Positions 49,701 through 59,915 of a stretch of 64,000 nucleotides of DNA are shown in pieces. Below the pieces are notes generated by a model. That model was not told the DNA's origin, did not search any database, and saw only the letters and a list, made by a program, of their open reading frames with translations. The DNA lies in the NCBI GenBank assembly GCA_040954595.2, contig CM082587.2, forward strand, positions 7,739,705 to 7,803,704, in the 5' to 3' direction. Position 1 is the stretch's first letter. Each line of letters opens with the position of its first letter. The translations under genes and the position numbers were made by a program. The stretch is from Balanoglossus misakiensis. Its lineage: Eukaryota > Animalia > Hemichordata.

Positions 49701-52700
49701 AGTCATGCTTACCTGTGACTCCACCTTTCCTATCTGATTGTAGGTTGCAGATGTGATGTCCAGTTTTAGACTGAAGGCGACATCCCTTCTCAGTAATCTG
49801 TATCTTACTCTACTGAGACAATGGCCAGGGTAGGTATTGCCTTTCCTCTCATGTTAGTGTGTTGTTAGTTTCAAGGTTTGTTCTAGAAATTCCAGGAAAA
49901 CAGTATAATAATAGGGACAGTCTGAACAACTGATGAGGCTTGTCAATGTTGTTGTTCACATACTGCATAACACGTTATTTTCGCGAGCAATTAATTTTTG
50001 CCAAATATGCGAGAGCCAAAATAGCGTGAAAATAAAAAGACACATAAATTGTTTTTGAAGATAACGATGCAGTGAATGAAATAAGAGAACGCGAAAATTA
50101 ATACTCGCGAAACAGTGGCCTCTCTCGATATAGCGAAAAATTTAACTCGCGAAAATAAGGTGTTTTACAGTATTTCTTGCAGTGCCATAGAATTTCTAAG
50201 TGACAGTAGCTGTAGCTTTTGACTTTTTTGGTTCTGTGCATGAACTACAGTTTGTAGGTTTACGTCCTGTGCCATGCTGAACAGATTTTGTGCATTCTTT
50301 ACAAATTAATTCAGTTTTCAACAAATACAATCGGTGATTGTACACATAGGGGAAGTGTTCATATGCTACATTCTGGACACTATGTCACATGTTAGACCAG
50401 AAAATATAGTTGATACACAGAGTAAAAAGTTACGGGTGTTAAAGTTTTAAAACTGTGATAGTTGTATAAAAGACAAAAAAACATGCATATTTTTAAGTAA
50501 AGTGCCTCTTGGATCACCAGGTGCCATGCAAAACAGTGGAACAAGTTGACAGATGTGGTATGGATCTTGGAGCACACCAAGTTTGGCGTGCAAGAGAGTC
50601 TGGGTAGAATGCAGATAGCGCTACTCTCCGCCATTACAGTGTTAGTGCAGTCGGAACGAGAGCGAAGTGTGCTATCTCAGAAGGAACAAAGCTCAAGGAG
50701 TAAGTCACCCTACTCTGTAAAACAAACATCCATTCTTTGTTTTTATCCAGACAACAGTGTCAAAGGCAAGAAATTATGTATAGTTTGGCTTCCAGGCTGT
50801 CTAGCATGCATACATGCCTGGTCGTCAAGGCGGTATGGCACATAGCCATGTTGACTAAATATACCTTTTCGCTGTCTGCCGCCTGACAGATTTTCATAAA
50901 AATATTTCTCCAAACCTTTCAATTGTTTGATATATTAAAGTGTGGGCGAAGTCTTTTTGAAAACTAACAAGAAAACGTGTTCACCATCTTTTTTTTCAAA
51001 AGTTTTTTCATAAAAATCACTACATCCATTTTTGGACTGTGAGTTCACACAGAGATTGGCAGCCATTTTGAATTTCAAATTTGAGGCAATTTTTGCTCCG
51101 TCATTCAAAAGTTTAAATGATGACCCCTGAGTTTTACTTTCATTTTTAAATGGTGAATAATCTAAGGTTGCCTTGAGTAAAATGTGAGAGAAGGCTGAAG
51201 ATTTTTAAGATGAGGTGCATATTTTTTTTTTGTGATTGTTAAAATGAATGTTAAATCCAGTCACATTGTATGAATGTATACAAATATCATATGCGACCGA
51301 GAAATTGACAAAACACACCTGCAATGATTGTTGACAGGTATAGAGAAACCTCTACTGGGGAGACTGCTGCCTCTGGTTTGTCTGGCAATCCAGCAAATCA
51401 GTGTAATTGTCGATAACGAGATTATGTCATCTGCACATCCACCATGGGCATCTCGTTCAGGAACTTTGGAAACCATGGAAACGGAAGTTGTCGATGCACA
51501 AAATCAGCCAGAAGAAAATAAAAACCATAGTCATATAAAGAAATATAATGTAAGTAACTTTGTCATGTACATGCATCATGGACAGTAGAGAAAACATCTT
51601 GCTACATGCTCTGTGCATATATCATAATCGGAACATTTTAGCTTCACAGACTCTTGGAATTTATGGTTCGTCCATCAATCTAAGTAGATCCCTCTTTCCC
51701 AGTCTTATGAAATCATAGTAAGACAAACTAAATAACTGTCTTTCCCATTGTGTTTACTCCATGTGGACATTATCTTGGGTAATTATGAATTGGGATTCAT
51801 CTATTAAAATCATTAATGTACTTTTTCAAACCTGTCCCAAAATGTTATACAGGAACGACAGAGAAGATTTCATCTAATCTTCATCTTTCAATGCAATTTG
51901 CAGCTCCCAATTGTTGGTGTCTGTTGTCTGGATGAATTGATCGGTGTTGTCGATGGTCCTGAAACGTGGCTACCTCTGATAAGACAGCACAGTCTGGTAC
52001 AGCTGCTGCTGACAACCCTTCAGACTTGTCTCCAGGTAAAGGAATTCATTACACTCTGAAACCAAGTCATTGGCATATTTTTATGATAATCTGAATGTAG
52101 TACATGTTTTGTGCCCGACCACATGCCATATTGTTGTATGATTGGATCACTGCGTTTAGAGGTACAACTGGAAGAACTCTTCCTCTGTGAAACTGTGAAG
52201 ATGTAAAACAAGAGAGACAGCCATGAGCCACTGGTGATAATTGCTTCTCCTGCCCCCCAGTTGCTTGAAGCCAAGGCCCAGTTCAGATTCCCTCAATACG
52301 GGAGCCACAGTGCCACAGACACTAGAACGCAGGCACTTCATGTGCCATTGACACTTGTATTTTGTACTGCAACTTGTATTCACAGAAGAGACAGGGTCTG
52401 TACTTTGCAGAAGCTGCCATGAATCTATTACTGGATATGTCCTACACGTTAGAGGTGGGTAACTATGAAAATAAAACCTCAATTGTAAATGCATCATCTT
52501 TGATAAAGACAATGTATTTGTGAAGAGTGATATTTTTCAGTATTTTTGAGTTTTGCCTGCATGAAAACTGCAGCAGGAGTTTTCTAGAGTTTTGAAATTA
52601 CTTTGTGTTTGGTGTTTGCCATACAAATGTCCCAGTTCTACAGTGCAATACTTAAAGGGACAAAGTCTCTCTCCAGCTGCCCCTTTTCCATTAATTATGT

Positions 52701-55700
52701 TTGATACAAGACACCGTTTATGTCAATGTAAATGTGGATATATAGTGAATCAATGATCAACCACACAAAACTTCCATCCCACTTGTATGATATGAGAGTA
52801 AAAACTCGCCCAAAATGAATGAATGGTAGTGACTGATTATTCATTTTGGCGAGTTTTTCACTCTCGTTTTTACAAGCAGGATGGAAGTTGTGTGTGGTCG
52901 AACATTGATTCACTATATATCCACATGTAGAATAACAAAGGGTGTCTTGTATCAAGTATAATTAATGGAAAAAAGGGCAGCGAGAGAGAGACTTTGTCCC
53001 TTTAAACTGTGGGCTCGCAATACACTGTTTGCCCTGTGGCATTACCTGTCCAATCTGACTCTGGTATCCAGTCTGGTTTACAGAGTTTCTTTAAACACAG
53101 TATTGTATGTGGAAGGAAATGGGACAGAGGTTCAGTTTATTCAGAATTTCAGATTACACAGTGTTCAGTTAAAACATGGTTGTCTTTTTTTCTTTCAATT
53201 TGTTTCATTATGAGAATAAATTATTGTACGGTTTACTGTAAGTAATTAGGTAACATTGACCAACATTTCGCAAAAAAAATGGTCTTTTGAACTCCTTGTA
53301 CACTTGTAGAATGTGTGGCATTACCAAGTCGGCAATCTTGCTCTTATCTTTGTGTGCTGCACGAGCAGGAAAGACATGGAAATTCAAGGAATACAGGGAC
53401 CACACAATTTAGAGTAAGGTACATTTGTACCTGTATTAACAGACTATTCCTTTGATGTAGAATATTGCCACAGTAACTACCATTGACTGTACATATATTT
53501 ATTTCTCTACTCCCACAGGCAGCTGAAGCTATCAGTAATAGTGGATTTACACAGTATACATGTATAGCATTTACCAACACTTACCAGAAAAATTCAGACG
53601 CAAGTGTAGAAGTCAATGGACATGTGAAACAAAAGAATGTGAGTCAAAATATTAACAATTACTCAAAGGTTTGGACATGATCATGTTCAGATAACTTGGT
53701 TTAGTTAAAATTAAATATAAAGAATCAAGTAGGGCTGTTTACCAATTGAGAAAAATTTATTTTCATTTTTGGAGAGAAATTACTACTTTATAGTTATGCA
53801 CTTTGGGTTTTTACTTTTTTTCAAAAATTTGACAGTGCAATGTTGTGTACGCTGAAATTTTAGGTTGCCTGAATGTGATGCTTCAGTGTTTTCTGAGAAT
53901 ATCGATTCAGTATGGTTGCCAAGCCTGTTTTCAGCCATTGCAACACTGGTCAATTATTTTAGGCAATGGTACAGTGAAAGTATAGCAACTAAAATTTCTG
54001 TTTTAAAAAATCTGAATTGGATTTGTCCATCGCAGGCAGACAAAACAGACCAAGTGACTTGGCTGAGTGTTTACCGACAAGCGTTGACCGTAGTGGCGTC
54101 CATGTTGGCGACGTTGAAACATTCCTTCCTGGGAGACGCCCTCAATTTCTTTGGAGTTCACCAGGACCGAATGACTCAGGTATGTTTCTTGATGTAATCT
54201 GGTGTGCGAGGCAGTGCTGTTTTGCAGTGTACATGGACATTTGGTGTATACTGTAAAATACTTTATTTTCGCGAGCAACATATTTTCGCCAAATACGTGA
54301 GAGCCAAAATAGCGTGAAAATAAAAAGTCGCTAATTTTTTTTTTTTGAAGATAACGATGCAGTGAATGAAATAAGAGAACGCGAAAATTAATACTTGCGA
54401 AACAGTGGCCTCTCTCGATATCGCGAAAATTTCAACTCGTGAAAATTAAGTGTTTTACAGTATTCTTATTGTACTGGCTGAACCTTTGATCATCATTGGA
54501 GCTGTACCTGTTCGCTTTGATGTTTTGGTATTTTGTCCGCAGTATTTCAGGGGGCCAAAGCTGCAAATTTGGGCAGAATGCAACTGTTACAATGAACATC
54601 ACAGTAGAATTTTCCAATGTTTATCACATTCCTATGTACCTTCGTTGTCATATACATTTGTTGGGAGAATCTTTCTCATCATTCAGTGATGATCTCTCTT
54701 CATATTTACTTTGTTGACCATCCACCTGTCTGGCACTGTCTTATCATATATGTTGACAAAACTAACCCAGAACTTGGCAGAAATGTTCAGTCTTTTTTTC
54801 AATGTTACTATGAAATTCTCAGGTTCCAAATATCTCATTTCTAAGATTCATACACTGAATGGAAAAATAAAACAAAACAAACAAAAATATTCGAATCTTA
54901 AAAATGAGATATTTGCAACCTGGGTATTTTTTAGTAACATTGACAAAACGACTGAACATTTTCAAGATTCAAATATTTTTTTTTTCCCCATTCAGTGTTT
55001 GAACGTGGTCAAGAACAACCACAGCCCGGCCTGTCTGTTGGAAGCGGAGAGGACAATTCTGTTGCTGTACCAACTTGCCCACTTCTCCCGAGAGTGGAGA
55101 TTCCAGATGCCCGAGGAACTGACTGCCATACAAATTACAGTCTGTTACCTCGTCCAGAATTGCACTGCCTTGCTGATCAGGCCCCGTCTCCTGCAACATA
55201 GACTGCAGGTGGGTACTGTTGTCATTTCAAAAGTAGAGACTGTTGACGTTTCGACACAACAGCACTGTAGTATGTCCTAATATGTGCAAGCAATTTACTA
55301 AGTTTGCGAGTTCCAAGATTTAGTAAAAATTCTGATGGTTTCCTAAAAGGGCATTTTTTAACATGACAGGCAAGATGTAGTTTGCTCCGTACCATTACAG
55401 TCAATACTCATTACCTAGTTGAACACTAAACTGTATGCTTGCTGACATATTTGTCTTCAGAAATAATGAATATTCAAACTGTGCTATTTCAGAAAGAAGA
55501 AGAAAACAATAATATAGAATGTGTTTTAATAAGACTTGTTGCGCTTACATGTGTTGTCACTGCAACTAAAGACCTACCTCCTTGTAGTCAAATGAGCGAA
55601 AAATAATGGAACAGCACACTTTCTATTTCTCGTGGGTTAGTGACTGACTTGATAGTGTTCTTATTTTGACTATAGCATTCTCCAGGAAGTCACATTCCGC

Positions 55701-58700
55701 AGGAATTCCACAGACCCACTGGTGCCGTGGGAAGCTCCATTAGACTTCAGCACCAAGGTTCAACAGAAGATGTAGAAACTCCGTCTCCAGAACTGATGAC
55801 AACACAGGCGAGGTAGGGCTTGTGATTGTGGAAGTTTGTCCAAGGCCCGTGAGCATGGGTTACTCAATCTTTTCGAATCACTTGATGTCTGTGTATCATC
55901 TTTATTTTGTATGCGTTGAGGTTTTGCTACATTTGGACTGTTTGGATGTGTTCTTTTTATGGTGTTCTCATTTACAGAAGAGAAATTTGCTACGCTGGCA
56001 CTCGTAGAAATTGCATTTTTGTGTTTTGAATAATTCAGAAAAGCAACTGGGAAAATTTCTGGGATATTGAGTGCGTGAAACCTGTGTATACGTAGCTTGT
56101 GCGGAACTTTTAGAAGGCATTTAATGCTTGGATTTTTTTTCCTCAGTCTAGACTATACATGAAATCATTATCAACGCTTGTAATCAGAAACTTCATTTTC
56201 AGATTAATCAACATAGTCGGCAATGCCATGTCAATGCTGCGACTGTTCAATCCGGATTTGTTGGAGATCCTGCTGAATGTCAGTCTGGATGTCTCCGAGT
56301 ACGTCGTCCTATTCAACCTGGGGTTCAGCACACCCTCCATCGACCAAGACTCTCCCCCGTCCTTCGGTTGCCTGGTAGCCTGCATCAACATGTGTGTCAG
56401 AATTCTTTATAAGGCGAGTGTCGCGCCTACTGTAAAACACTTCATTTTCGCGCGTTGAAATTTTCGCGATATCGAGAGAGGCCACTGTTTCGCGAGTATT
56501 AATTCTCGCGTTCTCTTATTTCATTCACTGCATCGTTATCTTAAAAAAAAAATGTATAATACTTTTTTTCAAGCTATTTTGGCTCTCGCGTATTTCGCGA
56601 AAATGTATTGCTCGCAAAAATAAAGTGTTTTACAGTATTCTCCCAGCTGGGCATTGACCTTTAACCCTTGCGCCTGATTTTACCCGCAGTGATTTCTCTC
56701 TGCTGTGCGGACGGTTTGTGAGAACAAACCTAGTTGCCATGGAGGTGTAGCCTGTGCTGCTAAGGACACTTATTGTGATGTCAGAAGCCATCTTGTGATT
56801 ATCATTCTCAGTCGTGATGTACATAGCGTACAAATGATGCTGCCTGAAATACAAGTCTGCCTTCTGTTGTTTATGAATGGAACACAAACTGGCCATGTTC
56901 CATCCAGAAATGTTCTTGTCTTAGTGTGGTCAAATGCATATGCACAGAAAAGATCACACTGAGACTCAAACCTCATGTACCGGTACATTGATTTTAATTT
57001 TTGGAATCACATTTTGTTTTTGGCAAAAATAGGTACATTTATGTTAAATCCATGTAAATTTAAATGTATAATTTATATATACTTTTAATCCTCATTTCAG
57101 TTGGACGGATCCAAGATTGGTCTGTCACCTTTGAAATCACCAGAGAAATCCCCTGCGAGAAGCACTTGGGATGACTCTCCAATTCACAGGTTAGTCAAAC
57201 TAGTTTCCTCACTGCCCTGTGTGTATAAGGCGATAACCAGACTAGAATAACACCAGGCCTCAGTGACCACAAATTGCCATCTACTGTAAAACACTTTATT
57301 TTCGCGAGTTGAAATTTTTGCGATATCGAGAGAGTATTAATTTACGCAACTTTTTATTTTCACGCTATTTTGGCTCTCGTGTATTTTGCGAATATTTATT
57401 GCTTGCGAAAATAAAGGGTTTTACAGTATTTGCCACTGTGCACTAGTTCTACCAACCGATCACATATGAAATCATGGAAGCAGAACTTTGTATCCCAATT
57501 TACAAGTTTCACCCGAAGAAAAGAAATACATAGTCCTAATCACATGCTCTGATTTGTCAGATAGAACACATCGTTTTGCAGTTATATCATTGCAACTTCT
57601 GTGAACTGACTGTCGTTCAGAAAATGACAACCTGTCCTTTTCGTAAACTTTCATCCCCTAATGTTTCTGCTACAGACACAGGGTGCTGCATCTTCTTGAG
57701 AACACACTGTTGGTGATCATGTGTCAGGGCATGAGATACCTGAAGGAACCCGAAATATTGCCGAGGGAGAAACAGCTGCTGAAAAGAGAACTGGGAGCAG
57801 AATTGGTGAGTAGGGCACTGTCGAAACCCTCTGTATATAGACTGAAAGATTCAGTCGTGTGCAGGCACTGCAGCACTCCGCTTATCGAAGCCATGTGGAC
57901 GGTCATTCTCACATCTTATCTCAATCGTGTAATCTAATTGGTTCCAACGTGATTTTGTTGGAGAACAGACATTCTATGCTGCACCTTCATTCGTGGTCGG
58001 GGTCAGAGGTCATACACTACTGGAGTGCCCGCACACGACTGAATCTTTCAGTCTAACCCTCTGTATCACTCAGCAGGACTTGATAATGGGAGGTTTCAGA
58101 AATCATTTTGATAGTTCAGTGATGGACTTGTCACCTGCCAGCAGTATATTGGAGTTTCGCAACCACAATATTGGTCATTTCCTTCAAACTACAAAAATTA
58201 GGCATAATTGCTTCAAATTTTGTGCCCATTCTGTTGCCAACCACAGTCATTCTGGTCAAGGCATGTCCAAAAGTCTTAAAGGGACAAAGTCTCTCTCTCG
58301 CTGCCCTTTTTTCCATTAATTATGTTTGATACAAGACACAGTTTGTTATTCTACATGTGGATATATAGTGAATGAACGTTCAACCACACACAACTTCCAT
58401 CCCTCTTATAGACAGGAGAGTGAAAAAACTCGCCAAAATGAATTAGCGTTCTTTACCATTTATTCATTTTGGGCGAGTTTTTACAATCATATCATACAAG
58501 TGGGATGGAAGTTTTGCGTGGTTGATCATTGATTCACTATATATCCACATTTACATTAACATAAATGGTGTCTTGTATCAAACATAATTAATGGAAAAGG
58601 GGCAGCTGGAGAGAGACTTTGTCCCTTTAATACAGGAAACCTATACAATATCAAGGTATTTTAAGGAAAACAAACATGCCAAAATTTCTGTACCACAGGC

Positions 58701-59126
58701 CTATAAGTGTTGTAACTGGGAAGTCCAAATGTCAGTTCACACTTGGTTAAGTGCTGCTGAAGACTATGAAACAACTTCTTCCCGTGAAATCAAAGTGCTT
58801 GTGAATAATCACAGCAGCACATTACACCAGAAAGTTGAGTCCGTGTGCCCAGCCAGCTCAGGTTGCTGATTTTTTTTTCTTTGGTGAATGAAATCCCTTG
58901 TTTCTTTTCCATTTCCCTGCCACAGAGTACATTCTTGATGAGTTTACAGCGGTACTTCCGGCGCGGCGGTCCGGGTTCCCCCGGCGACGCAAACCCCGGC
59001 AGCACGGCGACGACACCCCTCACATCGTCGTCCAGCAAGTCGTCTCTCCACGGCGCTTTCATCGACGCCCAGGAACAGGCTTTCTTCCGGGTCGTCAACT
59101 TGTACGTCCAGCAAGTGTTGAGATAA
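33346..59126 (+). CDS. NUP188: Nucleoporin NUP188, ~49 coding exons
   Basis: Starts MAASTE|SYHELLQVISGRSALRSE. Exons traced in frame with NUP188 motifs QEDRHPY, ETHGQLM, GMDI, HGPILLCWA, FYKWRY, KLAFSVTN, SPLEQEL, YIYHRHDPKLP, KVVILEFLTAAVETQPGLIELFLDLE, ALWQDRRD, PKFWEN, FFGVHQDR, PSFGCL, KRELGAEL and SLQRYFRRG. Stop at 59124-59126. Confidence 0.96.
35284..35352. repeat. (CAA)/(CAG)/(TAG) compound trinucleotide repeat, intronic
   Basis: Direct reading. Confidence 0.85.
37861..38070. mobile_element. MITE family A (Tc1/mariner-like)
   Basis: TACTGTAAAACACTTTATTTTCGCGAG ... CTCGTGATAATAAAGTGTTTTACAGTA. Confidence 0.9.
38553..38612. repeat. (TGAT)n/(AGAT)n microsatellite
   Basis: Direct reading. 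Confidence 0.9.
40130..40290 (+). repeat. Dispersed repeat fragment shared with 50900-51080
   Basis: Shared blocks CCAAACCTTTCAAT, ATATTAAAGTGT, AAAATCACTAC and GAGTTCA-A-AGAGATTGG--GCCATTTTGAATTT. Confidence 0.65.
40636..40756. repeat. (TGAT)n(TGAA)n(TGAT)n compound microsatellite
   Basis: Direct reading. Confidence 0.95.
46523..46572 (+). repeat. Dispersed repeat fragment shared with 13325-13375
   Basis: GGTCAAAACGCCCGCCTGATCTCAGCATGTGA vs GGTCAAAAAGCCTGCCTGAACTCAGCATGTGA. Confidence 0.65.
46878..47022. repeat. (TCAC)n microsatellite
   Basis: ~33 units, ending in (TAAC)n. Confidence 0.95.
47629..47760. repeat. Degenerate ~52-bp tandem repeat, 3 units
   Basis: Each unit begins (T)AGCAACAGCCAATCA. 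Confidence 0.7.
48920..48972. repeat. (TG)n microsatellite
   Basis: Direct reading. Confidence 0.9.
49961..50172. mobile_element. MITE family A, reverse orientation
   Basis: TACTGCATAACACGTTATTTTCGCGAG ... CTCGCGAAAATAAGGTGTTTTACAGTA. Confidence 0.88.
52652..53005. mobile_element. MITE family B, full length (Kolobok/T2-like)
   Basis: TTAA-AGGGACAAAGTCTCTCTC ... GAGAGAGACTTTGTCCCT-TTAA, with very long imperfect inverted arms. Confidence 0.9.
54249..54462. mobile_element. MITE family A, reverse orientation
   Basis: TACTGTAAAATACTTTATTTTCGCGAG ... AAGTGTTTTACAGTA. Confidence 0.9.
56428..56637. mobile_element. MITE family A
   Basis: TACTGTAAAACACTTCATTTTCGCG ... AAAGTGTTTTACAGTA, 14 bp downstream of a splice donor. 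Confidence 0.9.
57282..57428. mobile_element. MITE family A, internally deleted
   Basis: Both TIRs present; ~60 bp of the interior is missing. Confidence 0.88.
57826..58066. mobile_element. MITE family D with 10-11 bp target-site duplication (Mutator-like)
   Basis: TIR TAGACTGAAAGATTCAGTCGTGTGC (57838) ... GCACACGACTGAATCTTTCAGTCTA (58055), flanked by the direct repeat ACCCTCTGTAT at 57826-57836 and 58056-58066. Confidence 0.85.
58276..58630. mobile_element. MITE family B, full length, opposite orientation to the 52652 copy
   Basis: TTAAAGGGACAAAGTCTCTCTC ... GAGAGAGACTTTGTCCCTTTAA. Confidence 0.9.
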
Positions 59127-59416
59127 TGATACTGAAACACGACTGTGATTCCTGCTTGAAACGCTTCATTTTGTGTCCCAAACCTGAAGTGACTGCTATC
59201 ACTTCTCCAAGGACATAAAAACTGTGACTGTTAACAAGTTTGGTCTAATTCCGCGTAAATGCCAAACCCTTAATGATTGTATCACTTGTTGCCCATTCAG
59301 TGAAGATTGAATATAAAATTTCGAAGGGAAGAAAACCTAGTATAGACATATTTTTTCTCAATCTGATCATGTCTTGTAATACCGCATGATCCTGATTGTC
59401 ATTTTGCACACTTTCT

Positions 59417-59422
59417 AATAAA
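59417..59422 (+). terminator. Candidate NUP188 polyadenylation signal
   Basis: AATAAA ~290 nt after the stop codon. Confidence 0.45.
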
Positions 59423-59915
59423 ATGTCTTTGACAGAAGAAGAAATGCCAAGTGTGAAAGTGAATGCGAAGATTCGGTTGCACAGGGGACATTAGCTAAGC
59501 TTGATATTTGGATATGGAGGACAATAAGTTATGTTAGGTTGCACATTCTAGGGCCGTACTCCCAAATGAAGAAAAATTTGAGAAAATCAGACAAAATATC
59601 ACTCGTAATGATGAATACGCGTACAACTTCTCTTATAGTTCCGCACACACGCCATACAAACACACACCATCTTGTTATCACAAAGTAGAGCTGGGAAAAA
59701 TATAACTATGCACACACCGTTTGTTCACATTGCTAAACGCCCTTTATTTCACGCATACGCGACAAATTAAAAAAAAAATTATTTGTCGATTAAAGGGAAT
59801 TAGAAGAAAGACAAACAAAGCTAATTTACATACTGATATTGGCGTTTGAACAAAACAACCACTTTGAATTGTTTGCACGATTCACGTACAGTACATCTAC
59901 TCGCAGGTGAATCAA

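Noticed and set aside
33346-59126. U12-type introns in NUP188
   Set aside because: No traced donor has the RTATCCTT consensus; all are GT-AG except one GC-AG.
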